In this document: positions 35,954-48,600 of the stretch, one piece after another
Position numbering within the stretch: the first letter of the stretch is position 1
How the letters are laid out: each line of letters starts with the position of its first letter
DNA from: Lepidodermella squamata
Lineage: Eukaryota; Animalia; Gastrotricha
Reading direction: 5' to 3'
DNA length: 64,000 bases
Assembly (NCBI GenBank): GCA_047495785.1
Contig: JBLDXI010000028.1
Coordinates: 248,001-312,000 of the forward strand
Notes under the pieces: generated by a model
What the model saw: the letters and a program-made list of their open reading frames with translations, nothing else
Told to the model about the DNA's origin: nothing
The model's database searches: none
Program-made: the position numbers and the translations under genes

Positions 35954-38900
35954 CTAAGCAGTATTGCCATTTTGTTGCTGCTTCGACAGCCACGATTCGT
36001 GGCGCTTTTTCTGTTGATCAAACATTTTGCGCCATTTTTTCACGCCCGTTTTCGTCAGTTCTTTGCCCTCCTTGTCGTGGGTCGGAAAGCCGGTCTCGTC
36101 CCACTTGGAAAATTTCGACGCCAGTGGGCCGTCGGTGAACATTTTTTCCGGCGGCATCGACGCGGCTGGTGGCGCATCTTCTTCACCGTCGTCGCCATTT
36201 TTCGGGGCATTTTTCGCCTGGATTCAAAAGGAAAGTACATATAAATCAAGAATTGAAACGTCAGGATGCAGAATTTGAAGCGGAAGGTCACATTTTAAGA
36301 ATAAAATTCGACTTCAATTTATGATATTCAATTTCCAATTTTCACAAAAAATATAAGTAAATTTTCGAATTCTCGCCAATTTGTTTCTCGTTCAGTTTTT
36401 TCGGATTTTTTTCGGATTTGCAACTTCCAAGGAAGCTATGATTTTACCTGTTTTGCGGCTTCTTTCGCTGCTTTTTCCGCTTCCTTGGCTGCCTTTTCAG
36501 CCGCCTGTTGAGCTTCGAGTTCTTCCTTCGTCACGACAGGCGCTAGCTTCACAGCTGCCGGTTGGCCAGCGGGGCGATCTTCGAGTTTAATGCCCACCAA
36601 CGGCAGCATCTGATCGCGTAGCACGTCGCACAACTGCAGCATCTCGACGTCTTTCGTCTTCCGAGCGGCGACTCGGACCATATCACGGAAATCGGCGACA
36701 ACTCTCGCAACTGCAAGAGCTCTCGCGCCACCAGTCTATAAATATTGAAAATAAAATCAGCAATAATTAAAAATGGGTAAACAATTCAAATTTTTATAAA
36801 TTATATAAAAAATATGATTTTTTACCAAAAACTTGAAATTTCAATATTATGCGAAGGCTTTCATTAATTTTTGAGAAAAGTGAAAGAGAAATCAAACCTC
36901 AGCCTCGGCATTTTCCGAGCCCATGGCATCTTTAGCCTGAGCAACGAGCGACTCATCAGCTCCGAGCCATTCCTTCTCCGAGCCTAGGCCGAACAGAGCC
37001 ATGTGCTTCGCAACGAACTGAGCGACCGAGTACAGCAACGCCGCATCAGGCGCAATCGAAATCAAACTCGTGCCCTGCAGGTAAATGTGAACAGCCGCCA
37101 TCAGATTTCGCAGCGCTTGTAAGACCAACTTCGAATCAACGTTATCGCACAGGGCGTTGTGGACATTGCGCCGCGCCTCACTCAACGCGGTCAGCACTTC
37201 GAGTTCGCCCTGCGTCGGTTTCGCGCGATCGGCTTTCTTGCCCGATTCGATGAGGATGACCGGCATGACCGTGGAGAAGAACTCGCGCGTGTAGCGCAGG
37301 TACTCGCGGGCCTGCGTGATGACACCCTCGTTGTACTCCATCGGGGCGCACCACGAACCGAGCAGGAACGCCAACCGCATCTGCCGAGGGGTCATTTCAC
37401 GGAGGGCTTGCCGGATTGTGATGAAATTTTTCAACGATTTCGCCATTTTGAGACCTAAATAATCCAGAAAAGTTATTTAAAAATATTCCCGCAAATAATT
37501 TTTCCTCAAAATTTTACGTCAGTTATGCCAAACCCCACTTTTAACTTTTTAACGTCTCATTTTATGAATTAAATTTGAAAATCCTACCTGCAATGGTGAG
37601 ATGTCCCGAATGAAGGAAATACCGCACCCAACCCTGTGAGTCGCCCTTCAAGTTGAGGAACGCCTCCGTCTGCGCCAGTTCGTTATCGTGATGGGGAAAC
37701 CGCAGATCAATGCCACCCGAATGCACGTCCAACGGCTCGAATCCCGAAATGGCACTGGTCGCCATGGCCGAGCACTCGATGTGCCAACCTGGCCGGCCCT
37801 TTGCCAGCCGACTGCCGGCGCCTGGCTGCCAGAACGGTTCTCCGGGTTTCCACGCCTTCCATAGCGCGAAATCGGTTGGGCCGCGCTTCTCACGCCCGGC
37901 ATCTGCGTCGGCATCGGCGATTTGAGCAATCGCCTCGCCGCTCGTGTCTGTGCCCATTTCGGGCACGAGTCGCGGGTATTTATAGCCGTCGGCGGTGAAT
38001 TTCGCCACGTCGAAGTAAACTGAACCAGTTGGCGATGTGTACGCGTATCCGAGATCGATCAGTTTTTCGACAAAAGCGATAATCTATGCGTGAATTAGTA
38101 AAGTTGAAATATAATTGTGGTAAATTTGAAAAAGTATAAAAAATTCTTATAGGGTTGTGAAAATTTACAAAATAACCAAATATGGAGACAATTCACTCTT
38201 TGTTTGGATGTTTCCAATTATTTTGAAGATTTTCAAAAATTGACAGAAACTGAACTTTTCAACTATGTTTTCTTAATTAATTGGATGAATATTTTACCTC
38301 TGGCATGTAGTCTGATACGCGAGTGACGACATCGGGTGCCTCAACGCCCAACGCTTCCATGTCTTCGAAAAATTCACGCTCCCATTTGGCGGCCAACTGA
38401 CGGAAAATATCTGGCTGGGACACCTCACTGCCGTGCAGTTTATCCAGCCACTCGCTCAACAAATCGCCCGGCTGGCCGTCGATCAACGCGTTAACAGCCG
38501 CCGCGTCAAACGCCTTCGTATGCTTAGCCCGATAGTCGGCAATCGCCTTCTCGGCCTCGGCCAGAATACGAGCCATTGCCTCCTTCTTCTCGGCTAACAT
38601 CAGTGGATCAGTCATTTTTTCGGCGAATAATTTCGCCGCAGCGGTTAAATCAGCATCGAATGCAGCTAAATTAAAAAAATAGCTGATCAATCAGGAAAAA
38701 AATCGTGAAAAAATTTATATTCTTAACAATATTTGCAATTTTCAAATCAATTTGGCTAAAGACAACCAAAACTGTTACCTAAATCGGCTTTTTCAATCGT
38801 ATTAGTGCGATACGTGGTCATGAGATAGCGAATTCGAGCTCGCTTGATAATTTTATCGTCCACATCCGTCACATTCATCTGGTATTTCACAGAATAGCCG

Positions 38901-39103
38901 AAATAGTCGCGCAGAACTCGCCGCAACACGTCGAAGGCAACGTAAGTTCGGGCATGGCCGAGATGCGCTGCGTCGTAGACGGTCGGGCCGCATGAGTACC
39001 AAGTCACGTTGCGGCCATCGGGTCCACTGCCTCGAAACAGCTCCTTTTTACGGGTTTGGCTGTTTAATAGATACAGCTGCGGGTCTGCGCTGTTTTCACT
39101 CAT
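35954..39103 (-). CDS. CARS1: Cytoplasmic cysteinyl-tRNA synthetase (~765 aa)
   Basis: Exons 39103-38779, 38665-38298, 38083-37588, 37454-36898, 36735-36448, 36217-35954. Motifs [58 protein letters not shown], and C-terminal [13 protein letters not shown]. Confidence 0.96.
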
Positions 39104-39270
39104 GGTTTCTTCAAGAATAATCAGTTAAAATTCTAGAGAATTCGAAAAATGTACTGAATGAAAATAAGAAGCTTTCAAAGTTTTCTATCCAGTAAACAAA
39201 GTTTTCCACGAAAGCACAGGGAGCGAAAAAAATGCCGGAACAATATCAAATGAATTAAGTGAAAGATGTC

Positions 39271-40353
39271 CTAGACACAAAGCTCTCGAGGCGGAGGTTT
39301 GACCGGAACAGAATCTAGCCTATCAAAACTGTCCGCTTTGAATGCATCGATCTCACTTTGAGTCAGCTCTTGTAAAGACGAATAAACGCCCGGCGCAGAC
39401 GATGCTGCACTGTTATCCTGTGTTACTGTTGTTGCGACTTCTTTGCCAAACAGAGTTTTCGGCTGTGCTGGAGCTGCTGCTGGTGCGGGTTGGGATGGAA
39501 CTGGCGCTTGGAATAATGCAGATTGGCCAAAAGCAGGCTGTGGCTGCTGAGCTGGTTGTGGGGCTGGGACAAATGCAGGCATAGCTGGCTGTTGAGGCTG
39601 ACCGAAACCTGTAAATGCATTCGTTTGAGGGGCTGGAGGTTGGAAATTGAACTGCGAAGGCTGAGTAGCCACAGTTGGTTGCTGTACTGCAGGGGTAAAC
39701 GCTGCTTGACCAAACATGCTAGTTTGTTGATTGGTTGCTGGAGGAGCGAACGAAAATGTCGGAGTCTGCTGGGCAGGCTGCGGTTGCGGCTGTTGTTGTT
39801 GCTGCTGCTGCTGCTGGCCAAAACCAAAAATCCCACTACTGCTGTTTGCGGTCGTCGATCCTCCGAAAATCGACTTGGCAGCTTGGCCCATTCCCTTGGC
39901 TTGGTGGATGAATTCGCGAAGATTAGCACGAAAATTCATATCAGGATTCATCAACACAGCCTTCTGCTGCCTTGCTTGCTGCAATAGCCCAGTCAATTTT
40001 GCTACGTATTGGTCGAATGTGTTGTTCGCCCTCGCTTGATACGCTTCCCATCGAATTTCTTCAAAGCTGTAGTTTTCAAGCCCAGGCAGAATTGGAGCGG
40101 CATTAGCAAAAGAGAACACTGATAACGGCCACATTTTGCTTGTTTCCCACGTGTGAATTTCTGTCGAGATGCCTTTCAGAATTTCATCGTCAGACATCAT
40201 CCGCCAGTCTGTTACTTGCTTCTTAGCGCCTTGCTGTTGCTGTGGTGCACCGGCTGGTTTGACCGGGCCGCCGGCAGAGGCAGCGTCGTGTCTGTTCCAG
40301 CATGAATTTCCGAATCTGCAATTGCCTTGAAGCCAGTATTGACATACAGACAT
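39271..40353 (-). CDS. NUP42: FG nucleoporin NUP42 (NUPL2/hCG1), single coding exon
   Basis: N-terminal CCCH finger CQYWLQGNCRFGNSCWNRH, WPLS, SFEEIRWEAY, FG-rich region, and C-terminal Gle1-binding motif FKADSF..VPVKPPPREL. Confidence 0.9.
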   Translation of the reverse strand: MSVCQYWLQGNCRFGNSCWNRHDAASAGGPVKPAGAPQQQQGAKKQVTDWRMMSDDEILKGISTEIHTWETSKMWPLSVFSFANAAPILPGLENYSFEEIRWEAYQARANNTFDQYVAKLTGLLQQARQQKAVLMNPDMNFRANLREFIHQAKGMGQAAKSIFGGSTTANSSSGIFGFGQQQQQQQQQPQPQPAQQTPTFSFAPPATNQQTSMFGQAAFTPAVQQPTVATQPSQFNFQPPAPQTNAFTGFGQPQQPAMPAFVPAPQPAQQPQPAFGQSALFQAPVPSQPAPAAAPAQPKTLFGKEVATTVTQDNSAASSAPGVYSSLQELTQSEIDAFKADSFDRLDSVPVKPPPRELCV

Positions 40354-41108
40354 TTTATGCAAAAGCTATCTAGATAATGGATGATCAAGTACGAAACATT
40401 AAAAGATGAACAAACAGAAGTATGTTATAAACCGTAGACAAAAAGGTTCTTTAATACTCTTCGATTAGTAACTGACTCAACATTTCAGTATCACAAGATT
40501 TTGACAATGAAAAATGATGTAAGATGTAAGATGTAAGAATTCAAAGTATTTGACTGCGAACTGCGAACGATGAATTTTTGTGTTGAGGCCAAAATTACAA
40601 TCAACAAAGGACAGCATCGCATGAACATGAATTTACAACAGATCGACACGAAAAACCTGGCACAGCCTCCAGCCTCCAGCCAACACAATATTTTATTTTT
40701 GCTGAAAATCAGGATGTGTTCGGGCGGCCAAGTCGATTTTTTCAAGAAAAAATGCGCGATTTCATTCATTCTTTACTTGGATTTTCTACAAAATATTACA
40801 TAATTTTTTATTATAAATTAACACACAGGAATGCACTAATTTTTCCTCTGCAAAATTTCACTATATAACCGGCCGGACTTGGCTCTCAAGTCAGTTTGCC
40901 GGTTTTTTTCCGCTTGAGAACGTCAGTAACCACGCTATTTCATGCCGGTCGTTGGCAACGCGTTGACAGCGTCCTACCTGTTGCTCGCATCTTTAGCATA
41001 TTTTTGAATAATGTCACCTTATACAGTTTGAACTGTTATCACACCATAGTAGTCTGATTTAACGCGTAATAGTTTCCGATCATTAGCTGAAAGCTGACTG
41101 AATCCAAT
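40354..41108. promoter_or_regulatory. Putative bidirectional promoter between NUP42 and SETD3
   Basis: 755 bp between two divergently oriented start codons; positional inference only. Confidence 0.55.
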
Positions 41109-42491
41109 ATGAAGAACAATGACTTAACGGCTGTATTAACCGCACTGTGTGAGGCCTTGGATCAGAATGAACTTCAAGCGTTTAATGAGGACAGCAAATT
41201 GATGCTACTGGTCAAGAAGCTCCTTGAAATACAACAGCCTTTCAATGTTTCTCCGGATTCCACTCGGAGCACTGCTGATTTAATGACTTGGTTCGCACAG
41301 AACAAAGGCCAATGTCCCAAAATAACTTTATTGGAACTAGGCAACAATAACTATGGCATGCAATTGGTTGATCAGGCGAATGAAGCCGAGCCTATTGTTC
41401 GTATACCTCAAGAGATATTCCTAACAGCCGATTGCAGCAATTGCCAAGAGCTATTTGATATCTGCAGTAAAGACTCCACACTGTCTGGCATGCCAAATCT
41501 ACGTCTTGCTTTGAATCTATTGAACGAACGTCTGAATGATCAGTCGAAATGGCACAATTACATCAAAGCTCTTCCGATTACATATCCTGGTCTGATGTAT
41601 TTCACTGAAGAACACTTTCAAATGCTCCGTCCTTCGCCGGCTTTTGCAACCTGCGCTCGCTTGTACTGCAAACTGCTTGGCTCTTACGTTTATTTGTATT
41701 CGAAATTCTTTGGGCAAGATAACGAGAAGCCATTCGAAGGCTCTAGCATTTATTTCACGCCGGATAACTTTACGTTTGCTGCGTTTCGCTGGGCTATTTC
41801 TACGGTTATGACCCGGCAAAACAATGTCCCAATCGGCGGCGGTTTGGCCCTTGTCCCAATTTTAGACATGCTTAATCATGACCCGCATCTGAAACCAAGT
41901 GTCGATTTTGACGATGAACTCGGTCAAGTCGTTGTCTACGCCGCCAAGAATTTCGGCAAAGATGAAGAATTCAAGATTTTCTATGGAGTAAGGCCGAATC
42001 ACGATTTATTTGTCCATAACGGCTTCGCGTTAGCCGACAATCCCGCAGATTCCTTCTATCTACATGTCCCGTTTCGAATGGTTGATAATGACGATGAAAA
42101 ACGGCGAAAATTGATTCAACGTCTCGGCTTGGAACGTGATATATTTAAATTAACTCTGGCCCAGCCTTTACCGAGAAGCTTAGTGGCCTGTTTGCATATT
42201 GAATACGCTTCTGAAGAAATTATCGACGAATGGCTGTCGAAGTCTATTGCTGATACGTTGGATGAAGTCGTGGTTGAGAAGCCGCAGAAACTTGGCCCAG
42301 ATTTATATCGAAAATCGTACGTTTCTTTGGCCGCTCAACTTGCAGTCCGACTGCGTGGCTACAAGGATAAACTGGCGGTGAATTCGGACCAAATCGATGA
42401 AATAAGTGCAAATATTTCGACCCTGCTTGCCTGCGAGCGGCAAATTCTGGAAGCTGTTGTCGCTCGACTTCAAAGTCTTCTTCAAAAATAA
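41109..42491 (+). CDS. SETD3: SET-domain actin-histidine methyltransferase SETD3, single coding exon (460 aa)
   Basis: FRWAISTVMTRQNNVP, LVPILDMLNH, IFYGVRPNHDLFVHNGF and a Rubisco-LSMT-like C-terminal domain. AATAAA at 42569. Confidence 0.88.
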   Translation: MKNNDLTAVLTALCEALDQNELQAFNEDSKLMLLVKKLLEIQQPFNVSPDSTRSTADLMTWFAQNKGQCPKITLLELGNNNYGMQLVDQANEAEPIVRIPQEIFLTADCSNCQELFDICSKDSTLSGMPNLRLALNLLNERLNDQSKWHNYIKALPITYPGLMYFTEEHFQMLRPSPAFATCARLYCKLLGSYVYLYSKFFGQDNEKPFEGSSIYFTPDNFTFAAFRWAISTVMTRQNNVPIGGGLALVPILDMLNHDPHLKPSVDFDDELGQVVVYAAKNFGKDEEFKIFYGVRPNHDLFVHNGFALADNPADSFYLHVPFRMVDNDDEKRRKLIQRLGLERDIFKLTLAQPLPRSLVACLHIEYASEEIIDEWLSKSIADTLDEVVVEKPQKLGPDLYRKSYVSLAAQLAVRLRGYKDKLAVNSDQIDEISANISTLLACERQILEAVVARLQSLLQK

Positions 42492-42650
42492 TAACGAATC
42501 TCCAGCATGCTTTTATTTGCTCCGCGTGGCTTTTATTGGTGCTATTATTACTGCTTGAATTTGAGCTCAATAAAATGTGTGTTTTTTGGTTAATTTTGTT
42601 TTGTTTTGTAAACTAGACTTTTAAATTGATGGTTTGAACGCGGCTTGAAT

Positions 42651-45600
42651 ATGGATTTATTGGATTCGGGCTTGATGGGCCCGCCGGTATTCTTCCAGCC
42701 GTCGATTCTCGAGCAGCGCGGGAAAGATGAGCACGAGCGCAAATTGGAGAAGTACCTACAGACAATCTCGAAAATGAGCTCCGGTCTAACGGAACGCGAA
42801 TCTATCGACGCTTTGAATCTCCATGTGAGTTTCCGCTTTATTTTTCTCGAAAATTAAGAAAACTGGATCTATAAGAATTTTGATGGAAAATTCGTTGTTA
42901 GTTATATTTCGCAACATCGAATTTTTTCATGTTCTAGATTTCGTTATTTATTTGTTCGGGAATCTCATTGCCAGCTAACCGTAGTTCCTATTATATAAAA
43001 CTGGATTCAGATCGCATTTGATGTTCAAATTTGGTCAAATTTTCAGTAAAAATTGACCCGAAATTGGCTTCTGGGTTGATAGTTTTCATTAATCATGACT
43101 TGAGTCTTATTTTTGCAAAAACCTAATGTGAAATTTTTGAGTTCAGAACTAATATTCACTGAATCCTTGAAATTCGCTGCATAAGACCTAACCAAAAATT
43201 ATGGAAAAATAACGTACACGTTTGTCGAAAATGTTTTAATGACAGTTTAACGACAATATTTTATGAGACCCTCTTCGGTTTTTATGCCAATTTCGCCGAT
43301 TTTAAGACGCTCATTTGCAGTGGCATTGTGAGCTTTCAGATTTTATCGACACTTGGCTCTAATTTTGAAATTTATTTGAAAAATACGGGTTATCTGTTGT
43401 ATTTTTCCTCGTTTTCCAACATGCCTTGCGCTAATTGTGAATTTTCGTCCAGAATTTTCTTTATTTCATAATTTTAATTGTGCTCAACTGTTTCCATGAT
43501 TAGATAAGCCGCGGCAATTACGAAGAGGTGCAACTAGGCCTGCTGAGCATGATTCTGGCGTCGACGTCGCCGACGCAGGCGAGCCGGTCTTTCAACTCGC
43601 TGACAATGACGAACCGCGACCAGTGGAAGTGCGTGCGCGACTGCCTGTTCAATTTAACCTCGAAATGGCGGCGCCTCACCGAGACGACGCAGGCGCAAAT
43701 CGTGTGGTTCACGGGCGAAATGCTGCGCCTCGGCCCGAACCCCGTCATCCTCGACCTCGTCATGCTGCTGTTCCGCAACATCGCGCCGGGCGACGTGTCG
43801 CCCCGCAATGTCTGGCTCGCCGATGCGATGCTGCGCGTGCTCATCGAGCACCGCGTCGCCTTCGACCGGCAGCCGTTCCTCGTCGACTGCATCGTCTACT
43901 GCTACCTGTCCATCATCGTCGACCACTGCCACCCGGCCGTGGCGCCCACGCTCCGCAAGGCCGAGATCGACTTCACGGTCTCGCTGCTGCGCGACAAGTG
44001 GGACGAGTGCAGCGGCATCGGCCGCGACCTCGTGCGCCTGCTGCACGGCGTCGCGCGCCTGCCCGAGTTCGAGCCCATCTGGTACGACCTGCTGTACGCG
44101 CCGGCGAATTTGTCGCCCAACTGCACCGGCCTCGTCGCGTTGCTGCGGCGGCGCACGTCTCGCCGCTTCTTGCTCCTCCGGATCACGCCTGATCTCGAGC
44201 AGAAGTTCTTCTTCATCACTTCCAAGGTCTGTTTTTTACTCTTTTTTGAAAATTATAGTCAGAAATTTGGAGCTGAAAAATCGGGGACCGAAGATGAACA
44301 ACAGAATTTGAGGTTTTTCTGGGGTGAAAGTAGTAAGTGTTTGGTTTGAGCGTCATTTTTAACTACTGCTAATAGAGCTAGATCCTTCACGTGATACTGA
44401 AATGCTGAATTTTGATATATGTTGTTTTTAAGCAATTTTTTAAGCCGAAAATCGTAATTTTGTGCGTGCGAACGACCATGAGTCATCAAAATTGGATGTT
44501 CAAAAATAAGCTTTGCGCAAAAAACTCTTTTTCAATAATTACGCAACAGTGTTTACTCAGTGAAAAACTGCTGAAAACAGTCAAAAAATTGCTTTTTAAG
44601 AGTGATTTAATTTTGAAAATTTCCACCGATCAAAATATGGGGGTTCCAGATCTAAATCAGGTGTCAAAATGATCGTCTCCACTTGATGAATAACTTGGCT
44701 TCAAAAGGTCGTTCAATTTCACCTTAGATCCAGGTGAGGACCGCCTCTAAGGTAAAAGGTCGAATAGGGACGTTGACTTCTCGGTCGCCTATCGACCACT
44801 TCTAAAAATGCTACCTGGTTAAATTTAGTATCAAAAAATCGGCCGTCTCTCAGTTTAGCGATGACCCAGAGCCCGACTCTGTAATCGATAATCGAAGCGC
44901 TGGCGCCAGCGATTTGTGCGATCGATCGATTTGTAATTAGTTCAGTTTTGTACTCCAGGACGATGAGTTAATCCCCTGCCATATGGCCCCCATAGCGTTG
45001 TATGGTTTTGGTGGGGAGTGAGCACTCTATCATCTCTATGGAAATTTCTCAAATTTTATCCCAATCTAACGAGGATTTCAGGAAACTAGTTTACAACAGA
45101 CTAGATCTATCGACAGGTGTTACCCGCTTCAAAAAATTCCTCATGGTTGCGGAGTTATTAAAGAAATTCGAGGCAAAAATATTATCAACCGTACTTTATT
45201 TCGCTGTTTGCAAGGTACAGCATTGCCATGCTAATAATGCGACATTGCTAAGGCTTTCGGTGAGTAATAGCTTGGGATGGGTTAACGCATAACATGAAAC
45301 ATGACCCGGTGGAATACGTAGAGGCAAGGCAGCCAGCGCCCAGCCTTTTGCATCTCGGAGACGGTGGGCGGCGTGGCGCGGTGGAAGCGAACCTGTTCGG
45401 TGGGGTCTTTGCGATGTCCGCGCATGATTTTCACTTCGGTTTGCCAATTTTTGCCATATTTTTCAACGAGATGCTCCTAGAAGAAGTTTCGATAGTGATA
45501 CCAACCTAACGCCTCGACTGGAAATCCAACGCGACGCAGGAATTCCAGTCGAGAATCCATAGTCCGTAACCACGTCTCGGCGCAATGACGGTGGAACTGT

Positions 45601-48600
45601 TGATTGATGGCATCGGACCATCGGCTGCGCGACTTCTTCTAAGCAAACTACGCACGAACCCATGATTGAGCTCAAATAAAGATTGCAGCGCTGAGGTGGT
45701 AAATGATGTAATTTCGGCGATATTTATGCCAATTCAGCGCCTCGAATCTGGGAATTCTAGGAATCGTAGAAAGGTGATGTTGGCCTCTACATCTAGAATT
45801 TGCAAGTACGGTGGTACAAGCTCTACATATCTCATTATATTACCACAACATAACATTGTGCAACGATTGTTGGTGCTAGAGGCTTCAGCGCAAATGTGAC
45901 AACTCATAATTCTAATGAAATTCAAATGATACGATATCGATAAAAATGTCAATGCGCGCCCGTTTATTGCTGCTGCGGTGGCATATCACTCATGTGGAAT
46001 TCGATTCGAGGATGTTTTTGCCGGTGAAGCGGCAACGAGGGATGAACATTCGACGTGCTAGAAGTACTAAGTGTATTGATCTAGGTGCCGGCAGCACGGC
46101 GAAGCGAGCCTCATCGCCTGCCCAAGTAAAACCTTCGCCGAATCACGAAAACCGGCGAAAACCGGCTCTGACAAGCGCATTCTCGAAATGACAGCCTAAC
46201 AGCCAAGTCCTCGAAGGTCGCCTGGAGCAGCTGGACCTACGTAGAAGGTGGTAGGTCGCATAGGCTATTCAGAGATGCATATTCAGATTGGATAAAAAGG
46301 AAGCTTTCGTCCAATATACTATGGAATTAGGATCGAAACATTCACAGCCTATGCAACAAGCAAATTGGTCCGAAAAGCATTGTCATGTCAAGCACTTTAA
46401 CAAAAACTTAACGGCGAGTTAGACGCCGCTCTTGAGTATGACCTTCGGTATCTATAAAATATGCAAATGACAACAAGTCAAATTTTCACAGATGAAACAG
46501 CGTTTTTTAAGGTGTGTAAGCGTGTAAATTTTACACACCAACGTGGGAAAATTTAAACACCAAAATTTAGTCTTGGTAATTGCGTTACCGTTGAGTCGAT
46601 CCGCCAGCACTAGGCTGCTATGGTAAAGGTTGAACGCAACTTACCGAACCACCTCATCCAACTCACGGCGCAGACTAGGGGCAAAGCAAAATTAAATCTT
46701 GTATTGTCGCGGCTAGTGTCAAAGCTTACTTACACTACATCATTGGTGCTTAGTTTATTCAGCTGACGATTTTCACTGTCCGGTGTCATCATCAATCTGG
46801 TATAAAAAATACAACATTTTACGAACTTATTATCTGTCTGTTACACTGGCGATTCTGCATTTCCAGCTATGTTGACAATTATGTTCGTCACGTCCATTAA
46901 TTGATTTTCCTCCATTGCGATGGGTAATATAGCAAACAGCTATATTAGAAGTAGCATCATTCAAGTTTGGCCTAGGCGTTGCCGTTTTACATGCGTTATT
47001 GACTATCAAGCGTGGGTTGAAAGAAAAAAATGAACAAATCAGTTGAATTAAGGAGATGATTGTTGTGATGGAATCGAACGGTGGCGTCAACAATTTATTC
47101 GGTTAAAGTAGTCAAAGTATATCACCAGTCGAAGCCAGGGTTTGCATTTTCACGAACACTCCGCCCCAAATGCACTCTAATTAATTTGAAATCCGGGCAC
47201 CCCGCCCCTATATCCGGCCTGGTGCCTATAAAATTCGCCATAATTGTTGTTATTATTTGGTGATACATGGCAGCCGGCGGAACGAGACTATTGAAGCATA
47301 GCTGACCATCAGACCTATCTCCTCTCAAAAAATCCCGAGTTTACGTGATACGGCAAATTTTTCCGATTTTTCAAGATTTTATTGATTCGTTCCATTTCTT
47401 TTTAATTATTTGTTTCAATTTATTAGGTTCGTCTTTCCGGCCCGTACATGCGGCATTTGGACTGGCTGAAACGGGCGATAATCGCGGCTCAGGGCCCAAC
47501 ACTACGGTGCGAGCTGATCCGGTACATCTGTGGGCTCATCCACCCGAGCATGGACATCATCAACTCGGACGTGATCCAGCGCTGGTACATCATCGGCTGG
47601 CTGCTGAAGTGCAACCCGGCGGCGCCGCCCGGCGACATTGCCCTCGCGAAACTGGCGCTCTACTTCGACTGGCTCGGCTTCGAACCGGCGCACGACAACG
47701 TCATGAACATCGAGCCCGGCGTGCTGTTGATTTTCCACTCGAAACCGCAGCACGGCAATTTAGGCTCACCCTGCCTCGACTTCCTGTGCCGCATCGCCTC
47801 GTCGTTCCACCCGCCCGCCGCCGAAGACATCCGCCAGGGCATGTTGACGGCGTTCAAGCACCTTAACGAGAAGCGAGTCGTGCCCTTGCAGTCGATCGGC
47901 CTGCTCTTCGACCAGCGGCACCTCGACCAGGAGGTGTTCTTCCTGTGCCGACAGACGTTTCCCGAGTTGTTGCCGCAACCTGTTGCTGCGATGGCGACGG
48001 GCGTCGATGGCGTTAACCCGGTTGTTCGCGGCGGAATGGTCGGGGTTGGTGGTGTTGTCGTCAATAATGCGTCGAAATTCAGCGACGACGAGGACGCTGA
48101 TCGGCAGGAACTGCCGACGACAGAGGTGAGAAATGCACATCTTTACAAAAAAATATCTCGATTTTAATTTAACAGTCGGAATTAATTAATTTCGAAGGAA
48201 ACAGATTCAAAGTAAAAACTGTGCGAATGCAGTTTGAATTATTTTAGTGCGAAGATTCCAATATTTTTGCTGAGATTTCGGCAAATTCCTGGCAAACATT
48301 CACGACAAATATCCGCATAAAACTTATTTAATTTCGGCTCAAAGAGGGCATGAACGAGTGAATCTACATTTTTTAAGATCTGTGAATGAATGGGACGTGT
48401 CGCGCGTTTTTCAAGCTAACCAATGGGGCTTTGACCACTCAGAAAATCGTGGATTCGGAGGTCAAATCAGTTCCAATTAGCTTTACCTATTTCAACCACC
48501 TCATTTGGCTCACGAATTTGAGTTGGTAGAAATTTTAATAGATTTTTCGGTCTGATGGATGCATAAAAATTGTATTGAGAAGCAACGTGGGGATGGGAGT

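Noticed and set aside
35627-40884. GACTTGGC motif upstream of RNF126, NUP42 and SETD3 in sense orientation
   Set aside because: The 8-mer also occurs in non-promoter positions in the window; too few instances to support a regulatory call.
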